This document shows positions 20,516 to 31,530 of a stretch of DNA of 64,000 nucleotides, one piece after another. The position numbers and the translations under genes are program-made. Within the stretch, counting starts at the first letter, position 1. Each line of letters begins with the position of its first letter. Under the pieces are notes generated by a model. The model ran no database searches and was not told the DNA's origin. It saw nothing but the letters and a program-made list of their open reading frames with translations. The stretch lies in the IMG/VR virus record IMGVR_UViG_3300034117_001582, positions 124,001-188,000 of that record; one strand, given 5' to 3'.

Positions 20516-22504
20516 ATGGGTTTAGATTTAAATAACGACTATGATAAGGCAAAGACTAAAATTAGTGCTTATCAAACAACTGTTGAGAACAAAAAAAACG
20601 ACCTTCGTCAAAAAAAAGAAAAAGCAAAAACTTCGTTAGATAAGAAAAAAAGTGATGTTATAAAACAATTAAATGAGTTAGATAAAGGAACAAACAATCT
20701 TAAAAACCAAGTAAAAAATGAAATAAAAAATCAACTTGAACAATTATTAGATTTATTTAAACAAACTCTACCACCAAAAGGTGGGGGTTCCTTATCAACA
20801 ATTAGTGGTTTTTTTTTACAGGCGGCGGAAAAAACAAAAGAACAGGTTAAAGGGCTTTTAGTTGAAGAAATCATTTCAACTATTGGGTGTTCAGAAGAAC
20901 AATCATACGAAGACAAATTAAATCAACCAATTTATATTAAAGTAAGTCAAATCGATTTATTTAAAAGATTAAAATTTTCACCCGATGATGATGATGCTAA
21001 ATATTATTACGAAAACGAACCAACAACTCCGGGAGCAATACCTAGCAGTACTAACAGGATACTTTATGAACGATTACAAAATTTAGGTCAATCTTATCAA
21101 ACGCAATTTAGTTCAGGATATAAGGGGGCGTCAGGACAAGATTTATTTGATGTCGAATATGTTCAGTTTTATCCGGCGGTTAACCCCACAAATTTTGGCG
21201 ACTATTTAAAAATAACTTTAAAACCGCAATTAAATAGTGCAACATCTGTTTCTGATTTTTTAACAGATTACTATGGTAGTATTGATGTTTTACAATTTGA
21301 TGTTTTATCTGCAGAATTAATGAATGCACTTACAGGAGTATTTGATTTTAGTATGAAAATAAGTAGTGATGAGATGAGGGAACAAAAAAAGTTTGACTTA
21401 ATATTAAAAAGAATTATGGGGGTTTGTACAGACCCAACAAAAAAAATAGATGTAAGTGGAGCCGCAAAATTAAGTGACGAAGATAATATTGACGATTCGT
21501 TCTTTGAGGTTTCAAATCAAGATTTAAGGTCCATAGAAAATGATATAAATAACAGACTTGCTGGCGTTGTTGAATTTGAAGATTGTGGTAACTTACAACT
21601 ACCTGTAAATGTTTTAGGTACAAGGCAAATTTTAGATGAGGTAATTACAAAAAAAGGTGAGTCAGGTAAAGTTGATAGGGTTCAACAAGCAATAGACGAA
21701 ATTGCAAACGACCCAAATTGGAAAAACTTAGTCCCTAAATTAGGTATTGATTTAAATATAAAGGCGTCTTTGGATACCAGTTTAATCACCCAATTACCAA
21801 AAATTGTTTTTAAAACTATCTTATCTCCAAAAGTAATGTTAGGGTTTTTAGTTATGGTTAAAGGAATTAGTAGTCAATTTTCAACACAATTAGATTCACT
21901 ATTTGATGATTTAGAAAATTTTATGAAAACCTTTAGAAAGTTTACCGTTAATTTTATGAGAAAAATTATGGCGATTTATGTTAAAGAACTTTTTGATATT
22001 GTTAAGAAAAACGTAAAATTGTTGGTAGAAAAAATATTAACCGATATTATTAAGGAAGCAAAAAACAAACAACTACAAATGTATTCGTCTATAGTCTATG
22101 CCTTACTAATTTTAGGTCAAGCATTTGTTGATTATAGAAACTGTAAAAGTGTTATTGATGAAATTTTAAAATTATTAAACCTTGCACTATCAAAAGGGGG
22201 TAGTGGGTTACCATTATTTGCATTGGCCGGTTCAAAATTATTAGGTGGTGTTTCTGACACTAGATCATTTGCAAATGCTATCGAAGGAATTCAAGCTGCA
22301 GGATTACCAACAGGGGATGCCCCTGACGGAGGACCAAACATGATGAACATGGCATTTATGGCTATGATTAAAGGACAAAATAAAGAACAAGCGGAAAATG
22401 GTAAAACTGAAATATTTATACCACCATTAACGGTAATTGTCCCACCATTTGGTGCAGGACCAGGAATAACTAAAGTGGCAAAAGGATATGGAAAATCATA
22501 TTAA
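20516..22504 (+). CDS. putative virion structural protein
   Basis: 662-aa ORF in operon with baseplate spike. Confidence 0.55.
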   Translation: MGLDLNNDYDKAKTKISAYQTTVENKKNDLRQKKEKAKTSLDKKKSDVIKQLNELDKGTNNLKNQVKNEIKNQLEQLLDLFKQTLPPKGGGSLSTISGFFLQAAEKTKEQVKGLLVEEIISTIGCSEEQSYEDKLNQPIYIKVSQIDLFKRLKFSPDDDDAKYYYENEPTTPGAIPSSTNRILYERLQNLGQSYQTQFSSGYKGASGQDLFDVEYVQFYPAVNPTNFGDYLKITLKPQLNSATSVSDFLTDYYGSIDVLQFDVLSAELMNALTGVFDFSMKISSDEMREQKKFDLILKRIMGVCTDPTKKIDVSGAAKLSDEDNIDDSFFEVSNQDLRSIENDINNRLAGVVEFEDCGNLQLPVNVLGTRQILDEVITKKGESGKVDRVQQAIDEIANDPNWKNLVPKLGIDLNIKASLDTSLITQLPKIVFKTILSPKVMLGFLVMVKGISSQFSTQLDSLFDDLENFMKTFRKFTVNFMRKIMAIYVKELFDIVKKNVKLLVEKILTDIIKEAKNKQLQMYSSIVYALLILGQAFVDYRNCKSVIDEILKLLNLALSKGGSGLPLFALAGSKLLGGVSDTRSFANAIEGIQAAGLPTGDAPDGGPNMMNMAFMAMIKGQNKEQAENGKTEIFIPPLTVIVPPFGAGPGITKVAKGYGKSY

Positions 22505-22505
22505 A

Positions 22506-22706
22506 ATGACTGATCAAGAAGTGTTAGACGTATTAAAAGCATATAAAAATAAATCCAATAAGGACCTTATGGGTGTTATGGATTTTTTACAAGGTGATTT
22601 TGAAAAAACTAAAGACTTGATTCTTAAGTTAACTTATCATTTAGATGAGACTGAAAAGTCATATAATAAAGTTTACGACGAATTTAAAAAAAGAATAAAT
22701 GGCTGA
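22506..22706 (+). CDS. hypothetical protein
   Basis: short coiled-coil ORF coupled to both neighbours. Confidence 0.6.
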   Translation: MTDQEVLDVLKAYKNKSNKDLMGVMDFLQGDFEKTKDLILKLTYHLDETEKSYNKVYDEFKKRING

Positions 22707-24270
22707 TAATTACCAAGATGGACAATTAATATTTTTTGGTACCTGTGTAGACGCTGAAGACCCGTCAATGCTTGGTAGAATTAGAGTTGAGCCGATTAAT
22801 CAAAACATTGAGGCAATAAATAATTCGGTTAAGGGGTTTGATGAAAACTCATCTGACCCGAATAAAAATGGTCCATGGTCACCATTAGACCCATATATTT
22901 ATTTACCACTATTACCTTACTTTGTTAACCAAGTACCAAAAAAAGGTGAGAATGTAATGTTGTTTTACTATAACAAAAATAGTCAAACAGATAAGAATAA
23001 ATTCTATATGTTGGGTACCTTTTCATCGCCAGCAACAATCAAACATGAAGATACCGCATCTTCTCAAACACGATTAATGGGTGGGTATTCTAACTCAACA
23101 AAAAGGTTACAACCAATTAAGAACCAAGATGGGACATACAAAGAAGAAAAATCTAAAGGAGTATTTGTTGAACCCGTAGATATCTCTTTGAATGGTAGGG
23201 ACTCTGCGGATCTTATTATAAAAGAAGATGAGGTTTTACTTAGGGCGGGTAAACACAAAAAATTTGCAACAGGTGAAATGCCAGTTGCAGATGATACAAG
23301 ATCATTTTTACAATTAAGTAAATATTATAGTAAAACCACATTTGGTGAGCCTGAAACCAAAACAAGACTAATTAAAAATGATATCCCAATTAAATATTTA
23401 ATTGAGTATGATGTGATTAATCCTGAAAATGGGTTTTCGGCGTTTACGTCAACAATTTATATATATTCTCTTAGAACTGACCAAAACGCATATCAAACGC
23501 TAAGCTCTAATTTTGATATTGATACGGATTTAGATTTAACCTCAACGACCGGAGGAACAAAACTTATTAGAGTTATAAACCTACCAATAGGTCTTAACCT
23601 AATAGAGCTAGCGTTACGAATTAATGAACAATTAAAAAGTATAATAACAAACCCATCGTCCGCACTATTAAGACCGGACATTAAATTAGGGGAACAATAT
23701 CCATTTTATTTTAGACCATCAAGAAGAATTCTTGATTTAGTTAGAAATTTCACGGGTTCAGGGGATTTAAATGCGTCGGCAAATATGGGATTATTAATGT
23801 TGTTAGTTAAACTTTCAGCAACTGACATAACACCAGGATATGGTTTAGTATTAGATGCTAAACTTTCACCTGAATTACCATTTAACATTAGAAAAGACAC
23901 CTTTGTACCATCAAAGTCAACATTAGAAAATAATAGTGTTGGTCTATTAGGTGCGTCACGATTATTTTTACTATCACACGATACCACAATACCAGGTAAG
24001 GATCCTGTAGATTTAAAAAATAGTGTCTATGGAATTGAATCCGAAACGATTGTTAACCAAATAGAACCTAATACCTCATCTATGGTTAGAGGTGAAGAAC
24101 TTTTGGAGTTAATGGAGTTAATCATTAGGTTCTGTGTTACTCACGTACATCCATATCCATTATTACCACCATCTTCAGTTACGTTAGACGGATTATCCAC
24201 AGATGATTTACTTGCTAAAATGCAAGGGGCATATCAAAAAGTTTTAAATAGCAATATTCGACTTAACTAA
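22699..24270 (+). CDS. baseplate hub/spike protein (gp5/gpV-like)
   Basis: N-terminal OB-fold D..DP..LGRIRV, VPKKGENV; C-terminal RGEEL...HVHP tip motif. Confidence 0.7.
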   Translation: MADNYQDGQLIFFGTCVDAEDPSMLGRIRVEPINQNIEAINNSVKGFDENSSDPNKNGPWSPLDPYIYLPLLPYFVNQVPKKGENVMLFYYNKNSQTDKNKFYMLGTFSSPATIKHEDTASSQTRLMGGYSNSTKRLQPIKNQDGTYKEEKSKGVFVEPVDISLNGRDSADLIIKEDEVLLRAGKHKKFATGEMPVADDTRSFLQLSKYYSKTTFGEPETKTRLIKNDIPIKYLIEYDVINPENGFSAFTSTIYIYSLRTDQNAYQTLSSNFDIDTDLDLTSTTGGTKLIRVINLPIGLNLIELALRINEQLKSIITNPSSALLRPDIKLGEQYPFYFRPSRRILDLVRNFTGSGDLNASANMGLLMLLVKLSATDITPGYGLVLDAKLSPELPFNIRKDTFVPSKSTLENNSVGLLGASRLFLLSHDTTIPGKDPVDLKNSVYGIESETIVNQIEPNTSSMVRGEELLELMELIIRFCVTHVHPYPLLPPSSVTLDGLSTDDLLAKMQGAYQKVLNSNIRLN

Positions 24271-24292
24271 GTATTTATATAAAAAAGTTAAT

Positions 24293-25771
24293 ATGTCAAT
24301 TTATAAATCTTACTTAGATAAGTCTGATACGATAATTTACAACTCATATACAAATACAGGTAGAAACCCAATTGTAGAGTTATTCTATGGTCGTGCAAAC
24401 AACACATCGGCACCAATAGGGTTTAGTCGTCACCTTTTTAGTTTAGATTTAACAGGTCTAACACAAAACATTTCTCAAGGTATTATTTCAACTAATTGTG
24501 GAGGTTCTTTAACACACACATTAAGAATGACCAACACATCCTTTTTTGATAAGGATTTATTAAACGATACAACATCACAAGGTAGAAGAAGAGCAACATC
24601 ATTTGATTTAGTATTATTAAGGATTCCAAAATATTCAGGCACAACAGGTTCTATTCAAAGTTGGGATAGTGGTGTTGGTTATGATTATTATGATTTTGGT
24701 GTTACAAATTTAAATGATAGGTCATTTTCAACAAGACCAACAAATTGGTTTGAAAGAACAACAATTGACGATTGGTCGACACCAGGTATTTACGATAACA
24801 CAAACTCAATATCGGGATTAACAGGATTAAGATATAGTGCATTAACAGTTGTCGATACACAACATTTTGAATTTGGTAATGAAAATATTGAATTTGATAT
24901 GACAACGGAAATTAATAATATTCTAAGTGGAAGTTTAACCGGAGTTACTGGTTGGATTATTGCTTATTACCCCCAAGTTGAAAACTTGTCAGGAATGAGT
25001 GAAAATTACTCTGTGGGGTTCTTTTCCCCTCACACACAGACATTCTATGAGCCGTTCTTAGAAACGTCCTACAATGACTTAATTTTGGACAATAGAAACG
25101 ATTTCTATGCAGGAAACAATAACAATTTATATTTGTATGTATACGAAAATGGAAATGCAATTAATTTAGACTCTAACCCTACCGTCGATCTTTTAGATGG
25201 TAATGGTGCTGCAATTATTCCGTTTACCGGACTATCAACTTGTAAAGTAACCAAAGGAGTATATAAAGTATCAATAAATAATCTAACAGGTGTCACTACT
25301 CCTTGTTTATATTATGATTTGTGGAAAGGGTTATCGATTAATGGTGTTAGTATAACAAATGTTGAAAACGAAGTTGTTGTTTTAGCAAAAAACGGTAACT
25401 ACAAAATAGGTACAACGACTGAAACTCCTAAAATTTATGGTTTTAGTTTTGATGGAATTAAACAAAATGAAAAAATCTTAAATACCGATATTAGAAAAGT
25501 TAATCTAACGATTAAAAAGGCTTACACATCAAAAGAAATTTTAGATAATATTGAAGCATATTATAGAATATATGTTAGAGAAGGGGCAAATACAGAAGTT
25601 CAAGTTCAAGATTGGACAAGGGTTAATAAAACTACCGATAGTTATTACTTTATGTTTGATACAACGGATAAAATACCTAATGAATATTTTGTAGATATTA
25701 AAGTGATTTCAGACAGAAATACAGATACTTATAAAAGAGAACTACAGTTCCAAATTGTTAATAAAAAATAG
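24293..25771 (+). CDS. putative virion structural protein
   Basis: Ser/Thr/Gly-rich beta-type protein after TATTTATA. Confidence 0.55.
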   Translation: MSIYKSYLDKSDTIIYNSYTNTGRNPIVELFYGRANNTSAPIGFSRHLFSLDLTGLTQNISQGIISTNCGGSLTHTLRMTNTSFFDKDLLNDTTSQGRRRATSFDLVLLRIPKYSGTTGSIQSWDSGVGYDYYDFGVTNLNDRSFSTRPTNWFERTTIDDWSTPGIYDNTNSISGLTGLRYSALTVVDTQHFEFGNENIEFDMTTEINNILSGSLTGVTGWIIAYYPQVENLSGMSENYSVGFFSPHTQTFYEPFLETSYNDLILDNRNDFYAGNNNNLYLYVYENGNAINLDSNPTVDLLDGNGAAIIPFTGLSTCKVTKGVYKVSINNLTGVTTPCLYYDLWKGLSINGVSITNVENEVVVLAKNGNYKIGTTTETPKIYGFSFDGIKQNEKILNTDIRKVNLTIKKAYTSKEILDNIEAYYRIYVREGANTEVQVQDWTRVNKTTDSYYFMFDTTDKIPNEYFVDIKVISDRNTDTYKRELQFQIVNKK

Positions 25772-25773
25772 TT

Positions 25774-26232
25774 ATGAAAAATTTAGACAGATTAATTAAA
25801 CAAGTTTTAAGAGAAGATAAAGAGTCCTCAAGATATATGTTCTTTTCTAATTTAGAACAAATGAAAAGACAATGTGAAATATTATTAGATATGGACCACA
25901 ATATGGTTGAGGATATTTTAGATCATGGTCACGATTGGGCTCAAGACCATATATCAGAAGCCAAAAACAATATGGACCAAGTTTTTGATTTTTTAATGAA
26001 TGAGACGGAAAGAGATGGTATGGAAATGTCTATGAATGTTGATGATAATATGATGATGTCTGAAGGAAGAAAAAAAACAGGAACACCTCTTTGTGCAAGA
26101 GGTAAGGCATCAGCAAAGGCAAAATATGACGTGTACCCAAGTGCTTATAGTAATGGCCATGCTGTCCAAGTATGTAAAGGTAAAATAAAAGGTCTTGATG
26201 GTAAAAGACATTGTTCAGGAGCTTATTGTTAA
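25774..26232 (+). CDS. hypothetical protein (LIKQVLRE leader; C-terminal YPSAY Cys motif)
   Basis: ORF; CARGK..AK.KYDVYPSAY.NG.AV..C. Confidence 0.65.
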   Translation: MKNLDRLIKQVLREDKESSRYMFFSNLEQMKRQCEILLDMDHNMVEDILDHGHDWAQDHISEAKNNMDQVFDFLMNETERDGMEMSMNVDDNMMMSEGRKKTGTPLCARGKASAKAKYDVYPSAYSNGHAVQVCKGKIKGLDGKRHCSGAYC

Positions 26233-26948
26233 AGACTACTTAAAACATTTTTAATCACAAATTCTAAGGACTCATTTTGGGTCCTTTTCTTTTTTGGTTT
26301 GTATGAAGTCATAACAGGTTTTTGTCCTTTACCTGTTTGAGTATCCTTTTTTTCTGCTTTTCTTTTTTGTGCACACGCAGCCTTTTTAGCAGAATCAGAC
26401 ATTTTACCAGCAACTCCAGCAGCTCTACATTTAGGGTATGATTTACTATCAGCATCTGGTCGTCCACAAGGGGGATGTTTACCGTCAACTTTACTACATA
26501 TATTAACCCAAGGACCTTTTGGTTGAGAGGACCCTTTAGGTTTTTTCTTTGTACCAAACCACACCGCCAAATCTTCAGTTAAAATATTATCTAATTCAAC
26601 CCACTCTTTAATTGGTACTATTTTGGTTTTTTTACCCGGGTATCGATTGATTGGGTTACCGTCACCATCACTTAAAGTTGCGTTAGGGTGATTTTTAATA
26701 TAATTATATATTTTATCGGCAACTCTTTCTTCTTTACCTATTTGTTTTTTATTTCTTTCCATTTTACCATCGTAAGAATCATACGCTAAATCAGGACTTT
26801 TGTATTTAGATACGTCAACATTGAACGGTGCTAATACATTAGGTTTGAAATACCTTTCACCCGGTAAAAGTGGTGCAACATAACTACCCCTACTACCACT
26901 TGTGGATGTTGCCTCCTTTAAAATATTTTTAATAGTCCTTTCAATCAT
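26229..26948 (-). CDS. hypothetical protein (IKNILKE leader; WF..WV..CGR..YPKC motif)
   Basis: start MIERTIK at 26948, immediately downstream of TATTTATA (26952-26959, minus strand). Confidence 0.7.
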   Translation of the reverse strand: MIERTIKNILKEATSTSGSRGSYVAPLLPGERYFKPNVLAPFNVDVSKYKSPDLAYDSYDGKMERNKKQIGKEERVADKIYNYIKNHPNATLSDGDGNPINRYPGKKTKIVPIKEWVELDNILTEDLAVWFGTKKKPKGSSQPKGPWVNICSKVDGKHPPCGRPDADSKSYPKCRAAGVAGKMSDSAKKAACAQKRKAEKKDTQTGKGQKPVMTSYKPKKKRTQNESLEFVIKNVLSSL

Positions 26949-26971
26949 ATCTATAAATATCCAACTAAACA

Positions 26972-26998
26972 AAAAAAGGGACAATAAATTGTCCCTTT
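26972..26998 (-). terminator. intrinsic terminator after major capsid gene
   Basis: AAAGGGACAAT-AA-ATTGTCCCTTT hairpin with T run on minus strand. Confidence 0.8.
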
Positions 26999-27021
26999 AG
27001 TGTTATTCTTTAAGCTTTTGA

Positions 27022-28830
27022 TTATCTCAATTCTCTTAAATCGAATGTTCTAACACCATCTACGGTAATTCTTCCGTAAAAACGGTTGTTCACCATTTTT
27101 TTCGCGTATCTTGTCATTATTCCTTTAATCGGAGTAAAGTTGAACGGATTGTACATTGTAGGTGTTAATTGTAGAGGTACGTACGGTGCGTAAACATAAC
27201 CTGTATCAAGTAATGACGTTCCTTTGTGTCCTAACAATACTGTGTTTGCTGGGAAGTAAGGGTCACGGTATACTTGGTAACGTCCTGCTAATGTACCAAC
27301 TCTTTCAATACCCATGTTGTATTGGTCTTGTTCAGGAGCTGCGTTAGATACGTGGAAGTATTCTAAATCATCAAAGATTGCAGATATTTCAGAAGATACA
27401 ACGATCCAGTTAGCACCACCTCTCAAAGTAGATTTGTGGATTTGTGCTGAAATTTGGTTAATCGCAGTCAACAAAGTTTGGTTCCAATCTTTTTGAGTGT
27501 ATTGTGTTAATGGGTTAGCTGAAGTACCTCTTTTCCATCCGTTGTAATCCCAACGTAAGTTCCAAGCCGCACCTTTACGTAAGTCACGTAAAATTTCACG
27601 GTCAATTTCAGCCGCCACTTGTTCAGACAATAAAGCTGTTAATTCAGCTTCAGCATCGATGTTATGGAATGCAGAAACGTCTTGTGCTAATTCAGGAGAC
27701 CATTGTGCTCTTAGTTTTCTTTCAGTTACAGAAACCGTTACCGAATCTAAATCAAAAGAAACCTCACCGATTTGGTCTTCAAATTCCATTTCTTTGTAAA
27801 CTCTGTATTTAGCGGTAAATTGTGTGTTAACAGCCGTAGTACCTGTCACTAATGCCGGAATAGTATATCCAGAATATCCGTCCATAGAGTTAGATGTTAC
27901 TGAACAAGGAACTTGAGTATCAACTTCTATGTAGATAAGACCATCTTGAGAACAGATATCATCGTATGATCCACCATTACCTGTTCCAGGGAATGTTGTT
28001 GGTTGTTGTGTTCCGTATTGTATAATACCTTTACCATATTTTTGAGTAACAATTCTAAATAATAGGTTACCAGAACCTAAACCTGAGAATGCTCCACCTG
28101 CTGTAGTAACAGCATTAATTTTTAAGTCAGAAAGGAATGCTTCGTTATCCATCACTTGACCATCAGGACCGATTAATTTTCCAGCCCCACCGTTTGTAAA
28201 TCCAGATAAAACAACTAATACTTTTCTGTATTCAAGTCCTGTTCCGTATCCTGAAATCGATAAATTACCACCATTCCAAGCTACTGTTGTAGCACTTGCA
28301 GTTATTGCAGAGAAAGTACCTTTAGAGTAATCAAATAAACCTGGAGGGTCTAATGATGGCTCATTACCTTCGTAAAATCTGTCATAAAGATTTTTATCAG
28401 TTGCTGAATACCCATCACCGTAAGCTCCACCATTCACAGCACCAATAGGTCCGTAATGTGTACCACCTTCAGTTGGATCTTGTCCGTTTTGGTAATTTTG
28501 AATTTTAGGTACAAAGTAGAACAATTTACCAATTGGTAAGTTCATTGCTTGTACAGAAACTAAGTCGTTAGCCAATAATTTAGAGAATACTCGTCTTACG
28601 ATAGGAAATACTACCGTTTCGAATGAACCTGAACTATCTGTTGACGCCGCTTCGTTAATCAAATGTGACGCTTGATTTTCATACAATTGCGCCATATTTT
28701 CTTTAATGTGACCTTTAAGGCCATCTAGGAACCCTAATTTGTCCCATTTGTTAATTGTGTCTTCTTTGATAACTTTAAGGTGTTTTAACCCTATGTTACC
28801 AACTAGACCTGATTCTAATAATGCTCCCAT
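27022..28830 (-). CDS. major capsid protein (T4 gp23-like)
   Basis: P.VRRVF, VSVQAM..P.G, RKLRAQWSPELAQD, EIDREI, YAPYVPL, FTPIKGIMTRY. Confidence 0.95.
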   Translation of the reverse strand: MGALLESGLVGNIGLKHLKVIKEDTINKWDKLGFLDGLKGHIKENMAQLYENQASHLINEAASTDSSGSFETVVFPIVRRVFSKLLANDLVSVQAMNLPIGKLFYFVPKIQNYQNGQDPTEGGTHYGPIGAVNGGAYGDGYSATDKNLYDRFYEGNEPSLDPPGLFDYSKGTFSAITASATTVAWNGGNLSISGYGTGLEYRKVLVVLSGFTNGGAGKLIGPDGQVMDNEAFLSDLKINAVTTAGGAFSGLGSGNLLFRIVTQKYGKGIIQYGTQQPTTFPGTGNGGSYDDICSQDGLIYIEVDTQVPCSVTSNSMDGYSGYTIPALVTGTTAVNTQFTAKYRVYKEMEFEDQIGEVSFDLDSVTVSVTERKLRAQWSPELAQDVSAFHNIDAEAELTALLSEQVAAEIDREILRDLRKGAAWNLRWDYNGWKRGTSANPLTQYTQKDWNQTLLTAINQISAQIHKSTLRGGANWIVVSSEISAIFDDLEYFHVSNAAPEQDQYNMGIERVGTLAGRYQVYRDPYFPANTVLLGHKGTSLLDTGYVYAPYVPLQLTPTMYNPFNFTPIKGIMTRYAKKMVNNRFYGRITVDGVRTFDLRELR

Positions 28831-28870
28831 TTTTATTTTTTTTTAAATTGAGTTTATTTTATTTTATTTA

Positions 28871-30421
28871 TTACATTTTTGACATCAAATCTCTCATTCT
28901 CATGAATTGAGGATTTTCGTACGTTTTACTTTCGATTAAATTTGAAGCGGAACCGTTAGATGGTGCTTTAGATACTTGTCTCTGAATAGATTCAGTTACA
29001 ATTTCATTAGACCCCTTACTTCCGTCCAATTCATTTTTAATTGTTTTGTAAAGTGATTTAGATTCTTTAATAGATTCTGCGTTATCGAATCTTCTAAGAA
29101 TATTTATTTTTTCTTGTTTTGTTGTTGAGTGTTCTGTGAACAATCTTGTTGAGTACGCCAAGTTTGAATTAAATACTGCCACTTCATTTAATTTGTTTCT
29201 AAAGAAATCTAAAGCTTTTTTGTATTCTTCATTTTTCTCTCTTAACAAATTCATTTCTTTGGAGACTCCTTCGTTAGTTGGTCTAACTTTCATTTTAGGT
29301 AATCCTCTTCCTGGATAATTTCTACTTCCGTTTCCTAATGTTCTTGAAGCTTCTGTAGTTTCACCTGGCATTTCGTCATATGTAGACATATCGTCTTCCA
29401 TATAATCACCTTCCTGCGTTTCATCATCAAACCCTTCGTAGAATTCTTCATCATCCTCATACATTGCTGTTTCAGTATACATTTCATCTTCGTATTCGTC
29501 TTCGTACATTTCAGATTCAGTAACTCCGTGTTTGATTTTACCAAAAGAAAATTTAGGACCTCTACCTGTTTTTTCAGATTTAGAACCACCTTTCATGTTG
29601 TCTTTAAATCCTTTGTTGTTAACAGATGATTTTTTAAATGCTGACTTCATGCTTCCAAAACCAATTCCTACCGGCTTCATTGATTCTTGAACTTCAAGTT
29701 CGTAAACAACTTCATCCTCGTCTTCGTCTTCATACATTTCATACATTTCGTCATCCTCTTCATACATTTCGTCATCCTCTTCATACATTTCGTCATCCTC
29801 TTCGTACATTTCGTCATCCTCTTCGTACATTTCAGAATTCTTTTCATCCTCTTCAAAGACTAATTCATAGATAACACTCTCGTTTGCTGTGTCCATTGGC
29901 ATCGCTTCTATATTATTTGATTCTCCACCTAAACTAATCATGTAGTCGTTGTTTGTGTTGGTATCGGTTAAATGAATATTATCACCATCTTTTTTAATAA
30001 TGATTCCATCTTCATCACCCATAGCCTTCCAAACCTTTAATACTTCTTCAGGAGATGATCCTGTCATGTCTAATGGTGGCATTTCGTCTTCGTTATCTGC
30101 AGGTCCTTCAGTTCCCATAGCGGAGAAATCAATTTCTTCTCCATCTACATCAACCTCAGCATCTACTTCTGTTTCCTCTGTACCGTCTTCTGTGTCTTCA
30201 ACGTCAATGTCACCCTCAGGTGCCATTTCGTCTCCTTGTTCTGGTTGTTCGTACAAAGATTTTTTTCTTGGGCCGTTTAAGGACTCCCTTACTAATTCAC
30301 TGATTTCTTGCTTCATGGTTGAAGCAAGTATTCCTTTTGCGTTTTCACTGATAGCTTCTTCAATCGACTTCATTTGTAATAAAGCCTCTTCTACTATCGA
30401 ATTGTTTTTGTTTAAACTCAT
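28871..30421 (-). CDS. prohead scaffold/core protein
   Basis: very acidic with coiled-coil C-terminus; lies between protease and MCP. Confidence 0.75.
   Translation of the reverse strand: MSLNKNNSIVEEALLQMKSIEEAISENAKGILASTMKQEISELVRESLNGPRKKSLYEQPEQGDEMAPEGDIDVEDTEDGTEETEVDAEVDVDGEEIDFSAMGTEGPADNEDEMPPLDMTGSSPEEVLKVWKAMGDEDGIIIKKDGDNIHLTDTNTNNDYMISLGGESNNIEAMPMDTANESVIYELVFEEDEKNSEMYEEDDEMYEEDDEMYEEDDEMYEEDDEMYEMYEDEDEDEVVYELEVQESMKPVGIGFGSMKSAFKKSSVNNKGFKDNMKGGSKSEKTGRGPKFSFGKIKHGVTESEMYEDEYEDEMYTETAMYEDDEEFYEGFDDETQEGDYMEDDMSTYDEMPGETTEASRTLGNGSRNYPGRGLPKMKVRPTNEGVSKEMNLLREKNEEYKKALDFFRNKLNEVAVFNSNLAYSTRLFTEHSTTKQEKINILRRFDNAESIKESKSLYKTIKNELDGSKGSNEIVTESIQRQVSKAPSNGSASNLIESKTYENPQFMRMRDLMSKM
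29737..29833 (-). repeat. 21-bp tandem repeat encoding EMYEEDD (x4+)
   Basis: TACATTTCGTCATCCTCTTC(A/G) repeated. Confidence 0.9.
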
Positions 30422-30522
30422 TTGTAAATTGCAATGCGTTATCGTTTATTTACAGATAAATATACCGACATAGTAAAAAATTTACTATTTTACTCGATAT
30501 AAACAAAAAAAAATATTATGCA

Positions 30523-30557
30523 CAAAAAAAGGGACACGTAATTTGTATCCCTTTTTT
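30523..30557. terminator. intrinsic terminator, possibly bidirectional
   Basis: AAAAAAAGGGACAC-GTAATTT-GTATCCCTTTTTT. Confidence 0.7.
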
Positions 30558-30574
30558 AATAATTTTTGATGATA

Positions 30575-30784
30575 TTACTCAATAACTTCATCAATTTTAC
30601 TTTCACTGATAGATGTAATTCGCCATGCCATAGAGTAGTTTTCGTAAACCTTTGTTACTTTTGCTTCAATGTCGGTTGGTGAATAACCTTTAACCAATTT
30701 TTCTTCTCTTTGTTTTTTAACCTTTCCGGTTTCAGTATCAACCATGTCTGTGGTGATCTTTGTTACAAAATACTTTTCGTCCAT
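30575..30784 (-). CDS. DUF4494-like small protein
   Basis: GKVKK..E..LV...S.TD.EA.V...I..I.ESKI.EV resembles Bacteroidota DUF4494. Confidence 0.55.
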   Translation of the reverse strand: MDEKYFVTKITTDMVDTETGKVKKQREEKLVKGYSPTDIEAKVTKVYENYSMAWRITSISESKIDEVIE

Positions 30785-30798
30785 TTTTAATTGTTTTT

Positions 30799-31509
30799 TT
30801 ATTTACCTAAATAATCGGATAATCTTCTCATTAAGTCAACAGATTTATCCATACCTGAACCTAAAACTTCAATATTATTATTTTCTTCTAATTTTTCTTC
30901 ATACGTTGGTCTATCTTCTTTATTCAAATAAAGATAAGCTCCAGGTGTTGATGGTGATGACACTAAGTCAAAACAAATTAATTCAAAATCCCCCTGTACT
31001 TCATTTTGTTCTCCTTGTTTAACCAAAGAACCAACACCACGAGAAGAAACCCCCATTGTGACACCTTGTCTCATAAGGTTTGCTGCAACATCACCCTTAG
31101 ACGTTACAATCCCTCTTTCGTGGAAACCTGGACTTGTTAGTAATTTGACTTTACCCATTAGAACATTACCTTCCCACCACATGTCCGTGATAAGGTGTGC
31201 TACTCGATCTAAATCAATCAAGGAAGATTCAGGGTGATTTAATTCTGATATAGACATACCACGTTTAATAACTTCTTGGTATTTTTCAGCTTCTCTTTTT
31301 AATATTTTTTCAGGGTAAACTCTACCATTTCTATTTGGAACTCCATACTTCTGTAAGGTTGCATAAAATACAAACGGTTTAGAGTGTTCTAATTGTCCAT
31401 AAGATTCTTTAATAACATCTGAATTTCTTACTTCATTTGGGTTGATGATTCCAGCATCCCACTCAACTAATATTCCTTTACCAGTATCATTTGGTCCTAA
31501 TATTCTCAT
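30799..31509 (-). CDS. prohead protease (T4 gp21-like)
   Basis: NRNGRVYP, ELNHP, GVSSRGVGS, DLVSSPSTPGA. Confidence 0.92.
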   Translation of the reverse strand: MRILGPNDTGKGILVEWDAGIINPNEVRNSDVIKESYGQLEHSKPFVFYATLQKYGVPNRNGRVYPEKILKREAEKYQEVIKRGMSISELNHPESSLIDLDRVAHLITDMWWEGNVLMGKVKLLTSPGFHERGIVTSKGDVAANLMRQGVTMGVSSRGVGSLVKQGEQNEVQGDFELICFDLVSSPSTPGAYLYLNKEDRPTYEEKLEENNNIEVLGSGMDKSVDLMRRLSDYLGK

Positions 31510-31530
31510 AGTATATTTTTATGATAAATA

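Noticed and set aside
30470-30488. ATAGTAAA-AAA-TTTACTAT palindrome upstream of the scaffold promoter
   Set aside because: Short and AT-only; expected by chance at this composition
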